From assembly GCA_047967505.1 (NCBI GenBank), contig CM106538.1: a stretch of 64,000 bases of DNA. One strand, 5' to 3'. A program made the position numbers and the translations under genes. Under the pieces are notes generated by a model. The model saw only the letters and a program-made list of their open reading frames with translations, ran no database searches and had not been told where the DNA came from. Shown here piece by piece: positions 14,538 to 26,241 of the stretch. Position 1 is the first letter of the stretch. Every line of letters starts with the position of its first letter. The DNA is from Dipteris shenzhenensis (lineage: Eukaryota).

Positions 14538-17500
14538 TGTTGTAAAAGTGATGAACTATGAAGTTAGCTCATTAAATTATCCCTTAAACATTGAAGTGTC
14601 CATTACAACATCTCCAACTACATGAGATGTTAGTACTAGGCTTGGAGAAGATGCATCTAGAGACATTATTGAATCAATGAACATTTGCAATGTAGCTTGT
14701 AGGTCCCATGCCTATACACTTCCTTTCATCGTAAGTGATGTGCAATGTACTCTATAATATTGCATTGCAGAGATTAGTAATGCATACATCGTAGAGAGAA
14801 ATAGCATGCTTGTAACCTTCAATAGCAAGTCAATTATTGTGCTTTGACTCTACAAGTTTTGTCCGAGACGAAGCAACACTATCCATATTATACTCCTTCT
14901 GAAATAAACATGTTCATGTATATTCATTAAGATAGTCATGCTAATATCAATGGACTTGAAAAGGATATTAAACATAGCTGAGGTATGATTTCCCCCCAAT
15001 GAGACAATATATGGTGGAATCAATTATGATAGTTGTCCATGCAAGGACTATTATGATCCAAACCTTGCCAGTGGCCCACCATGCACGTAGGCATCTAGTT
15101 TGAGTTGATGCATCATCCTTTGATGTCGAAATCTAACATTTCTCACACAAGTGCTTGTGTTTGAATCAAAATTGAAGAATGACATGGTTCTCTATATGCT
15201 TATTCAAACATAAGTGCTTGTGTTTGAATCTAAATTGAAGAATGGCATACTTCTTTATATGCTTATTTAAACTTTATTTTCTATGAAACAAGGAAAAATG
15301 TCCTTTTCCTTCTTATTATTTTGTCCTCCACTCAAAAAACCTCACATATTGCCATCATCTAGTTAGACCCTGCCTCATCAACTAGCTTGAACCTGAAGAA
15401 ATTTACAGGTTGAAAGCCATTCTCCACCCTAACATGGTTAAGATTTGCCAAAACATTTCTTGGGAAATTTGGTCCTCTTCTTTAATCTCATTTCCAATCC
15501 CATGAAAAACCAACATTTGTGGACTCGAGCGTATCTCGATGCATGCCAATATTGTTTTCTTTAGAAAATGCATACGTAGACCTATTTATGGGACAAGCTT
15601 TGGCACTAGTCATGGCCCTAGTGACATAGAGGCATAGTGCACACCAACACTTGTCCCATTAAGAACATGGATCCATGGATTCGACCTTACCATAGTGAAA
15701 ATTAATCAATTGAGGCTATGGTAAAAAAAGGCATACGCACCCTAAAATAAGTAAGGTCTCGCAAGTGCCAAAATTTTATAATTCAATACAAATCATCATT
15801 TTATGAACTCTATCAAGAATTGAAATTGAAGAAAAGTTATTTTTTAAAAGGAAATTTTTAAATTAAGAAAATATATATTTTAATACAATTTTCAATGAAA
15901 ATAGCAACATAAATTTTGATAGTAATATCAATGGTAATATTGATGTTATGTAAATATTTATGCTATGTAGGTTTAAAAAACTATGCTAAATCCCGTCGAT
16001 TTCTTGTAAATCTTTGAAGCAAACAATCCCCTTACTCTCATCCATACAAACCTTGCTCCTAGCTTTTCCCTCACTTCCTACTTCAGAGACACACCTACAC
16101 TGAGTAAGGAGACACACATACACTGAGTGAGGAGACACATTATACATTCCAAAATCAAAGTTAAAGCAAGATCACCATGTGAGTTTTGTGCTTTTAATTT
16201 GCATTCTTTTTCCAAATTCTTGGTTTAGGGGTCTCTTTGCTTCATTTTTGCATGAAGAAAAAGAGGGGGAGAAAGATTCATGAAGAAGAGAAGGGAAGGG
16301 AGCAGAATCTTGAAAGGGGAGAGGATGGCTCCTCTCCTTCCTATTCTCTCCTTCATGATTGATCTGTCCCATTCTTATCCCCTCTTTATGCCCTTCCTCT
16401 ATTCCCTTCCCCTTCCCCTTCCCTTCCTTCCATCCTTTCTCCCTTTCCCTTCCCATCCCTTCCAAAATCCATCCCTTCGCCGTTCCCTTCCCCTTCAACC
16501 ACTTCCCACATGTATATTTTTTCTCTTCTTAAAATTGTAGGAAATGTTCAAATGTTTGAGTTTTGGGAGCTAATTTCATTGATTTCCCCATCTATTTCTA
16601 AAGTTTTGGAAACTTCCATTGTTCTTTTCTAACTCCTTATCTCTTTTCTCATGCACAAAAGGTAAGAATGGTTTTTTGCCATGACATTTTCAAAGGATGT
16701 TTGCTTTCTCTCTTGAAGTTTCTTTGATCTTTCAAGTGTTGCTTTCGCTCTTTTTTTCCATGTTTTTAGTGTTGTTTTCCCTCTCTCTTTTTTCACAAAA
16801 GATTGTGCTTTTGTTTTGTATGCTTCACAAGACACTATCCTTTCTTTTAAAAAAACGGGTTTGGGTTTAGGCTTCCTCCCTTTATCCTGCCATTCCCATT
16901 ATCCCATACTCAGATCCCCTCTATATTATCCTTTTCCCTTTCCTATATCATATCTCTATCTCTTTTTTATCCCCTCCATATCTATTTGCAAACATATTCA
17001 TAGATTTTATGCTCCTGTATCCCCCTCTCCATCTCTCCATCCCCCTCTTCCCCCCTCTATCCCGTTCATAAGTTCATTCCATCTCTCATATTTGTCCACT
17101 CTCTCCTTAATCTTGCATCTCATGCATCCATCCAATCCATCTTGTCTCCTATTCTCCTCACAAATTCAGCCCATCCTTGATATTGAGACCCCTCTCTTCT
17201 TTATCCATCGTTCATCTCCTCTCATGCATCCATCCTATCCATCATGTCCTATTTCCCTCATAAAGTGAACCCATCCTTCATATAGTTTATGCTTCATTTT
17301 TAGGCTTCAAATTTATGGAGTGTCCAAAATCTCACCAAACTTCCTTGGATCCTATTTCTTTATAATACAAGACATGGATTCCTTGCTATCTCATTTCCGA
17401 GCCCACATAGAATCCATCTTGAGAGAAATACTTTGCAATGCGCAAAAGATGACACAACATACTGTAAGAACCTATGGAGAGAGTAAGAGAGCCAAAATAT

Positions 17501-18251
17501 GTCCAAGTTAAGCCATGTAGAGGGTATCATGATGAATATTGAAGGCTTCATGGATCATGGATATATTATTCAAGAAGAGCACAATTGGATTCGTGAAGCC
17601 ATAGAAGAGGGTGCTGAGAGATGACCCTCCAAGTGATGACAATGACAACCCTAGTGATAGTGGTAGCAATGTTACCTATGAATCTATATATTTTAGAGTC
17701 TTTTGTAGCATTACTTTTTAGAAATCATGGGGGTTTTAGAATGTCTCTTATCTTCCTCTTTGTGTTTTGGAAGGTTTTCTGGTATTCAATATATATTGCA
17801 CAATGTTTTGTAGTTTTACATTAACTAGCTATTCAACTAATATTTTTTGACTAATTAGTTGTGAAAACCTATTGTTAGCCATGCACCATATTGTTTTGAA
17901 TTAGTATTACTTAATGAATACCTAACTTATTGTGGGACTAGGTAGTTAGTCCTACTATTAACTTCTATCTTTGCAATAGCTTCACTAGCTAACTTTGCAC
18001 TAGTCAGTTTTGAAATAAGTTGGCTTTCCATTAACTAATTACGTGTGTTAACAATAGTTTGTGGTTGTTAGTACTATTTAGCTCTACACCAGTCTATTGT
18101 GGGACTAGTTAGCTATGCATTAAGTAGGTATGTTTGCATTGGTTAGCTCTATACAACTTTATCACTTACAAGTGCACTACTTAGCTATCCCTACAATAGC
18201 ATTTTCTTCATGCGTTCCTTTTAACTAATTTTGTGCTTCCTCTTGATGCAG

Positions 18252-19800
18252 GTTGAGATTTTCCTTAATTTCAAAAGAGACTATCCAGATATGTAAATAC
18301 AATAATGCTCGTTTGAGCTCTTGAACTTTTTTCTGTATGAAAAGTGAAGGATGGTGTTGTGTTCAATATATGCAAATGTTAAATATGAAGGAAGCTCTTG
18401 CCAAAATACGGCATGCCCATGCCCAATTTCATGGGCAAACATGTCATTGCAAGTGCACTACATGTGGAAGTAAAAATGATTCTAAACAACCTGTTTGCTT
18501 AGCCCTTCAAAAACCAAAACTTAGTATTACATCATTATGTGAAACTATCTTATGTGAGAAGCATAGGAGATGCATGTACGACTCTTTAACATGCATCTTT
18601 GGGAGTTTTCGCAATTGTGGACCAACTAGAGTGCAATAGTGTTGACTTAAAATTACTGCGATAGGTCATTATGTTTCAGTCAAGCTATTCAACGATATTG
18701 AAGTGGAGCTAAAGGGAAAATGCAAGAAGAATACTAGCCAAGACAAGCAGAATATTGACATATAAACAAAGAAAGGGAATGTTCTTATGAACAAGAAGAT
18801 GAATTACGATGCACTATTGCAATTACTCAATACCCATCTTTGGAAATTCATACAACATAATGTCGTATACAAATGGTAGGCCGATTAAATAAAAAGAGTA
18901 TGTGTTAATGGTTCCACTAGGGTGTGGTTGTATCAATGGTTGACTTTGCAGAGAACTATACACGTTCAAAGAATAGAATAAATTTCAATCCGTGCATTGG
19001 TAATTATGACAAGTTACCATTTTTGTTCACATCTCATATAACCCAGCATGGATGAGATGTGCAGAAGACCTTACATTTCTTCATTTTAGATTCTAGGTTC
19101 CGTGATACTCTTTTTGTTCAACATTGCTCTATGTTACATTATGGATGGCTACAGGACTGATGGTGCTACCTCATAGTTCAATGCTAAAAGGCCATTCTAC
19201 TTTGTGAAGAAATATGCAAGACTCACATGCATGAATATGACCTGGAATTTCTTTGGTTCTGGACATGGTAAGGGTGAGCATGAAGAAACTTTAACACATG
19301 ATCAATTGAAGATGGGTGGGGAAAATTTACACTATGCTACAGATGTTGTGGCCTTCTTGAGAGCTAACTTGTCCCACAATGCTAATCTAGCTATGCATCA
19401 AAAAGACAGATGTGGCAAAACTATTTTGGGAGATAAAAGATGGCAAGGTTTATAGATCCACTATATGGGATTGTAAACCCAATTGTGGGACTAGCTCCTT
19501 GCATAATTCAAGGGTATTTAGAAGAGAATGGAAGGCAAGTTGAACAAGGAGCCTCTCATGCTATTGCAATGCTTGCATGCAAAATGAGTCGAACAGATGC
19601 ATGAACAAATCAGATGTTAGGCCATGGATCTATCAAACACTCATACCCATTCTAGATGAAAGTGAGGAGGAAGAAGAATAGGAGATTTCTCAATATGAAG
19701 AGACCTTAGAGTGGATGATAATTTTTCTATTAATGTTAAGCTAGGAAACAAAGAAGGTATTGTCTTCTATCTTATAAATTGCACTAAAAACACCATATTA
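18252..19800 (+). pseudogene. Decayed DNA transposase, Sola2-like (DFAENY/HGK type)
   Basis: Motifs in order: Cys-rich N-part (CHCKCTTC), VDFAENY (18939), QSVHW (18986), TDG..S*F (~19155), WNFFGSGHGKGEH (19243), SCYCNAC (~19556). Many frameshifts. Confidence 0.7.
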
Positions 19801-20379
19801 GAGAATTTGGGAAAATCCTGATAATTTGGGAATTTTTGAGGGGTTGTAATTATGTAACATTCAATGTTTTTCATTGATTTTTCCCATAGATTTGGCAGTC
19901 CATCCAAATCTCACAAATGTGCATGGTTTGCATCAACATAAATAAAATGTCAAATATTGAGGTTTCAACCAATGCATGGTAGTTTTTGAGGGGTTGCAAT
20001 TACAATGCATTGAGTGCACTCCATTGACTTTCTCATTGGATTTGGCCGTGTATATGAAACTCACAGTTTGGAGTGTGAATGTTCTGCATTAGCCGAGAAA
20101 AAAACATCATATGTTTGAGTTCAACGAAGCATTGTTTGTCTCTTCTCGAAAAAAGGTGGTGTTCAAAAACACCATTTTAGTTTAGTTGGAGAAAAAGTAA
20201 GAATGCAACACTAGTCCTTGATATTTTGTCAAGTGTGCAGAACTTGCAACCACAAAGCAATGGTCTACAAACAAAAAAGATAAAGAAAAAAGATCAATGT
20301 CATACCTTCCAAATATTTGTCAGTATTCAATTAAATTATCGTTTTGCAAGGAAAAAAAAGTCAAGCTTTTCAAGTACCT

Positions 20380-23300
20380 TCACTCCATTGTGGAGTCAAC
20401 ATCAGAGTTGGAATCTGTACTATGAGACAAACTAGATAAAGCTCGCTTGCATGCAATGGTTGGTATCTTCACCTTGATGGGGAGGTTGCTACTCTTTGAG
20501 GAAACCTTCTTTAAGAGGTTACCTTTTAGAACCCATGACCATACAATAGCATCAACAGATTCCCAACGTGGAGGATCACCTTTATTGCACATCCAAATCT
20601 TGTTCCAACAATCTGCATACACCTCCTTAATTTGTGCATTGCGTCTTTTGCATATAGGTGCCCAATATTGTATGAAAACCTTCTTGAAATTTTTAGATTT
20701 ATTATCCTTTTGTACATCAGTTTGAGCAATGCCTAGCCAAATTGGGTAAATTTTTTCTGCTGGTCGGACCAAAAGAAAGTGTCCTTTTTGTACATCAATC
20801 ATTGGATCAAATGATTGTTTTGGCTTTTTCCTTTGAGGTCCACAATAGTGATCATTCAACTCTTCAATTCCTTGAAACTCATCGTTTTCATTATCAACTA
20901 CTCGCACACAATCAATATGTTGCGTCTTTGGCCAAAATCTCTCGTACATGCCCTCTACACTATTGTTTGGTTTATGAAGCTCATCAATCATGTTCTTCTA
21001 GTACTTCACTACCGGCTTGTAAAACTTTGTGAAAGATGCTTCTGGACCTTACTGGTGTGCCCATTTTTCCCAAAAGTGTACATACTCCTTGATACCAACT
21101 ATCACATGTGAGTGATCCTTCACATACTCGAACATGGGTACACAAGGTGGCTCTCCACTTGGTAGCATTGGATGACCATTCGGATGTCTCTTCCACAACT
21201 CAATGCCACCTTCACTTGGTTGCCAATCTAATGATCGTGGATGCACTTTATATTGCATGATAGGAACTTCATTTCACATAAAGAACCGAAATTGGAGAGG
21301 CTTTGAGTGTCCCACTAAAGCATCTTGCCCATCGCATAGGCATCCATCAACATAGCTCTTGAAATCAGGGACTTCCGTTACCAAAAATGGCATTGGAGAA
21401 GACTCCTCACATTGTCTAAAAGTATCCATGAGATGTGCAAATGTCAATGTTTGGCTAGTTCTTAACCTCTCTGAAAACCTGCTGAACATTGCATCAATAT
21501 CCTCATGTGTATGCCCAACCATCAAGAATCCCAATTGAATTGACTTGAAAATCCCTCGAGCAACAAGTAATGATAGGTAAGCAAACAAGTACCTATTCTT
21601 GTTTTCAGAACCACAATTATCCAACTGCAACAATAGGTGTTCGGGTAGCTTCTTATAAGGATTTTCTTGATGGGAACTTCCAATTCCAAGGTCTTTGAAT
21701 GTTCCACCCACTGATCCAAGATGAAGTTGTTGCTTTTCATTAGAAACATAGTGAGAATCCAATGCTTCTCTTGAGGTTAGTGCATTTAGCAGAGCGTTAT
21801 CAGACCTTGGCATCCCATTATGTACCAAATCTCCAAGTGCATGGTTATCAAATCTTTCAAGATTTCTCAAACACAAAGCCAATGAACCGATTGTGAAGTT
21901 AGGATCTGATGGCCACAAGGATAAAGAAAAGTGACCATAACGTCCTTGACCATGTCCATGTGTTATCATGCCAGTCAAAGCCACTGGGAGCTGAAAGGAT
22001 TTGTCTGTGTCCTTTGAACGATTGCATAATCTAGGGATGGCTGTCTTCTTTTGGTCCATCTTATCATGGATAATGCACAAGTATGTCTAAGGATACATTT
22101 CAAAAAATCTGTGCCAAGTGTAGTACACATTTCTACAACTTTTTTGCTGTAACATGTGCTTTCTTCTATCTTCCATCAACTTATTACGTTCATTTTGGCA
22201 TTTTGTCGCTGCAAGCTGAGCCTTGATTGCACTACATAAACCACACTTAGAGAATTCACTTGTTTTTGACAAAGTTACATGCTTGAATTCAGAGTTCCAT
22301 ATATGGTTGAATGTGGAAGTTGACATCTCCTTACAACCCAAACTATGCTTTAATTGCATGTTAACCTCATAGAGAATATCAACCTGCTTGTATACATCCG
22401 GTATCACCAGCTGTGTTTCCCTTGATCCATCCTAAAGTGTTCTACTTTTGTGTGGCATACACTCAGAATTGTTATCCACAAAATCTTGGATTATGGCTCT
22501 ACCCAGTTCTGTGTGGTCCCAACCTCTCCGCACGATTCCTTTATTACCATGCATGCACCTTCGTATACCAATTTCAAATTGCTCCCTGTATCGATAAAAT
22601 GTTGTTTTTGGAATACCATGCATTTCATACCATGCTCTACAACAAACTTGAATACCATTCAATGAAAAGACATATTTGAACTGCCCATTGTCATCTTTTC
22701 GACAAGCAACCCCAAGAGTGTCATATACATAATTGGTGTGAGCCTCCAAACTTTGGCCCCAATACTCTATGCGTAATTTGGATATCATTTGACGATCAGC
22801 AAATTGACAACAATTTTGTTTACAACAATCAATCATAGATACTTTTGTGATTGCATCCCTTGTGAGTCTAGATGATGCTAATGGCATGCCATGTTTTTTA
22901 GCTTTCCTCTTTATCATGCAGTAATGCCTCTTTTTTGTGGATTTTTCATTTGGGTCCTCATCTTCCATGTGCTTTTGCCTAGAACCACTTGGAAAATTCA
23001 TGGTGTCATCGATTTTTAATGAAGTTCCATCTAAAAAGGTTATTTGTGCAATGGGCCATTTTATTAAGTGGATGGTATCGATGCCTGATACATCACTATG
23101 ATACTTTTCAATTCCCACACCCAGATTACCTTCACCAAGCATCTCAAAGTTTATAGGTTCAAATGGGTAGACATACAAAACAACACCCTCAGCAATGCTC
23201 TTTGTTTTCTGCTCATCCCATATTAAAACTTTCTTGTCCTTCCATGATTCTTGAATGGAAAACTCATCATATTCACATAGAGGTTCAACATCAATGGTAT

Positions 23301-23610
23301 CTGATGTTATATCATTCATTGGTAAAATAGCTACATTGACATTGTCCACACAACTCATTGATCGTGCTTTCCAACAAACAAGACTACCCAAAGCCTCATA
23401 GACTAAGAATGCATCCATTGTAGGAAATGGAAGAAGTGCACTTTCATCCATACAAATATCGATCGCCACTGATACATTGTTTTCTCCCAAGGGCACACCT
23501 TGGCACATGTCATCATGTGATGTAGAGAATATTGTCCCAATGGCAACAATCTTTCCACTGACAAGCAAGTTGACTTTAACCCCCACTTTCAATGTGGCAC
23601 CTGCATACAT
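20380..23610 (-). pseudogene. Sola/DUF7869-like DD-type transposase, ~1077 codons in one frame with five in-frame stops
   Basis: ORFs 22432-23610, 22087-22407, 21274-22080, 21049-21258 and 20380-20991 share one frame. Core motifs: VCCRAWYEMHGI, FSKCGLC, IHDKMDQKK, LLLQLDNCGSENKNRY, FLMVGHTHEDIDAMFS. Confidence 0.85.
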
Positions 23611-23664
23611 AACATTTGTTATAGTTCAATATTGATATCTGATGGTGTGACTTAGGATTTACAA

Positions 23665-24422
23665 GATTTCACTACACAACCAAATCTTCCTAAACCTTGG
23701 TGCTTTGAATTTTAGCCAGCAAAATCTGGCTACATGGCCAAATCTTCACAGACCATGGTGCTTTGAAAGGGAGATAGCAAGATTTGTCTACACAACCAAA
23801 TCTCTCGAGACACTGTTGCTCTCAAGAAACCATCAAGATTTATCCACACAACCAAATCTACTTAGATCTTGGTGGTTTGAAAGAAGCCAAATCTCCACAT
23901 ACCCTGGTGCTTTCAAAGAAGCCCACAAGATTCGGCCACATGGTCAAATCTCCCCATACCTTGGTGCTTTGAAAGGAGCCAACAAGAGTTGGCCACATGG
24001 CCAAATCTCTAAGACACTAATGCTTTGAAAGAAGCAATAAGATTTGGCCACATGGCCAAATCTACTCAGGCCTTGGTGCTTTCAAAGAAGCTAGCAAGAT
24101 TTGGATGCATGGCTAAATCCTTCGAGACTTGGTGACTTCTTTCAAAGCACTGAGAAGATTTGGTTGTGGCATTCTTTCAAACTTGGGGAGATTTGGTCAT
24201 GTGGCCAAATCTTGTAGGCTTCTTTCAAAGCACTAGGGTATGGGGAATTTTGGCCGTGCAACCAAATCTTGCATGCTTCTTTCAAATGACCAGGTTCTGG
24301 GAGATTTGGCCGTGTGGCCGAATCTTTCAAAGCACCAGCGTTTGGGAAAATTTTGGCATGCTGCCAAATGTTGCTAGCTTCTTTCAAATCAGTAGGAAGA
24401 TTTGGCCACATGGCCAAATCTT
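23665..24422. repeat. Palindrome array A (~13 units of GATTTGGCC-N4-GGCCAAATC); linker orientation switches at ~24135
   Basis: Units at 23665, 23723, 23781, 23837, 23929, 23986, 24041 and 24098 have GTGCTTTGAAAGAAG linkers. After ~24135 the linkers read CTTCTTTCAAAGCAC. A best-conserved copy AAGATTTGGCCACATGGCCAAATCTT is at 24397-24422. Confidence 0.9.
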
Positions 24423-24429
24423 CAAACAT

Positions 24430-24540
24430 TCAAACGTTAAATTTAATTTTAAATTTTAAAATTTAAAGTTCAAAATTCAAAATTTAAATTTTAAATTTTA
24501 AAATTCAAATTTCAAGTTTCAAGTTTCAAATTTTGAAATT
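24430..24540. repeat. AT-rich (TTCAAAA/TTTAAAA)n block
   Basis: Almost pure A/T short-period repeat. It is the reverse complement of the block at 26095-26237. Confidence 0.85.
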
Positions 24541-25239
24541 AGTATCTAGAGATCCTACTTTCAAAAACATCGTACATGCTTTTCATGATTCACGCTATTA
24601 CACTTTAAAATCATACTTTTACTTTAAAAGCAAACCTAAAAATCTAAAACTATTAAAAAACCAAAACTTTAAAAGGCAAAGCTAAACAAACCTTTTAAAC
24701 CAAGCATAAAAAGTAAAACTATGAGAAGGAATTGAATTCATCTTCATGGGGATCAAGTGCTAGGCTCACCTTGTTCTCTCCCTTCCTAGATCTCAAATGT
24801 GTAACTAGGGTAGTTTGAGAGCCTTAGGGCAATGTCTTAGATGGGGTAGTTCTTGGAAAAAACTCCTCCACCCTTGGTTAGCTAATTGCAAGCAAAAAAA
24901 TTCAAAACTATGTCAAAATGAGAGGTCCCGGGAGGTTCCCCATCCCAGATTTGTCCTAACAATGTGCACTTAACTATGTAGATTTTAAAATTCCATTACC
25001 AATTAAACATTCCATAGGTTCCACACTCAATAGTTGAATTAGAAAGAGGTCTTTTTTTTTTTTTTTTGGCTCTACATGCTATTTGGGGGGTGCATGCTTT
25101 TTTGGGGGATTCCTCCTTCCCCCCCACCCCTTCCTTTTCCCCTCATCCTTTTCACCCTCATCCTCATCCTCGTCATTTTCGCTCTACATGCTATTTGGGT
25201 GCATGCTTCTCCTCCTCATTGTCGTCGTCTCCTTCTCCA

Positions 25240-25700
25240 CATGGTTGCTGTGCTCCCCTCCCTCCCTTCCACTACTGCGTCCTTCCCTTCGGCTGCAGTG
25301 CCCCTCCCTTCTTTCCACTGTCGTGCCCTGTCGTCGTGCTGCCGCCCATCATCATCATCGCAGACGCCCCCCTTCAGCTGCTGTGCCCCTCCCTTCTTTC
25401 CACTGCTGTGCCCCGTCGTTGCACTGCTGCCCATCGTCATCGTCGTAGAGCCTTCTCTGCATGACTGCTGCCTGCACGCCCCTCCCTCCCTTCCGCTGCT
25501 GCGTCCCTCCCTTCAACTGCTGCACCCCTCCCTCCTTTCCACTGCTGCGCCCCTCGCCCCTTCCTTCAACTACTGTGCCCCTCCCTCCTTTCCACTACTG
25601 CGCCTCTCAGCTCCTTCCATTGGAGAAGCTATTGTAATGCAATAACCATAATCTCCACTGAAAGCTACTTCTCGGCTCCTTCCATTGGAGAAGCTATTGT
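25240..25700. repeat. GC/pyrimidine-rich short tandem repeats in the core between the arrays
   Basis: About six variants of CTGCTGTGCCCCTCCCTTCTTTCCACTG, plus a duplicated CTCCTTCCATTGGAGAAGCTATTGT (~25610 and ~25675). Confidence 0.75.
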
Positions 25701-26094
25701 TCTAAGTGCACGGATCGTGGCTTTTCTTCTCCTTCCATCACTGGTATCTCTACTTCCACGAGCGGATCTTGGCCACCCTACTAGGGGATGAAACTTTTTC
25801 TCTAAGTTTCTGGAACTACGACCATCCAAATGGAAGCACAATCCCCTGGCTTTTCGCAGAAGCACAATCCCGTGCCTGCTTGAAATCCAAAAGAGCCAAG
25901 CTCACGAACAACAATGGCTACTCAATCATCCAAGTAAGAAAACGAAAGAAATAGAAAGTGTACCTGATTCTTGCATGTTCTCCATCTTTTCCATTTCAAA
26001 ACACCACGATTTGAAAGCAAGAGTTGTAAAAGTACGAATCTCAAAGTGTGATTTGAAAGTAGGGTCTTTAGTATATGATTTGACTTTCAGATCT

Positions 26095-26237
26095 TGAAAT
26101 TTGAAATTTGAATTTTGTATCTAAGATTCAAAATTTCAATTTTGAATTTTAAATTTTGAATCTAAGATTTTGAATTTTGAATTTTGAATTTTCAGATTTG
26201 AAATTTGAATCTTAAGATTTGAATTTTGAATTTTAAA
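26095..26237. repeat. AT-rich (TTTTGAA)n block
   Basis: TTTGAATTTTGAATTTT repeats immediately before array B. Confidence 0.85.
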
Positions 26238-26241
26238 TGGG

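Noticed and set aside
14538-14900. Matching LTR pair for the old Copia
   Set aside because: The sequence after the PPT does not resemble the sequence before the PBS at 9816.
20150-20215. Helitron 3' end (hairpin TGGTGTT-CAAA-AACACCA, then CTAG)
   Set aside because: The hairpin is ~35 bp from the CTAG, further than typical, is not GC-rich, and no Rep/helicase sequence is seen.
23705-24459. ORFs across array A, and 27259-27729 across array B
   Set aside because: They are translations of the DNA repeats (WPHGQIS / WPNL) appearing on both strands and in several frames.
25066-25645. Pro/Leu/Ser-rich ORFs in the core
   Set aside because: All three frames are open because the C/T-rich repeat lacks stop codons; no domain is recognisable.
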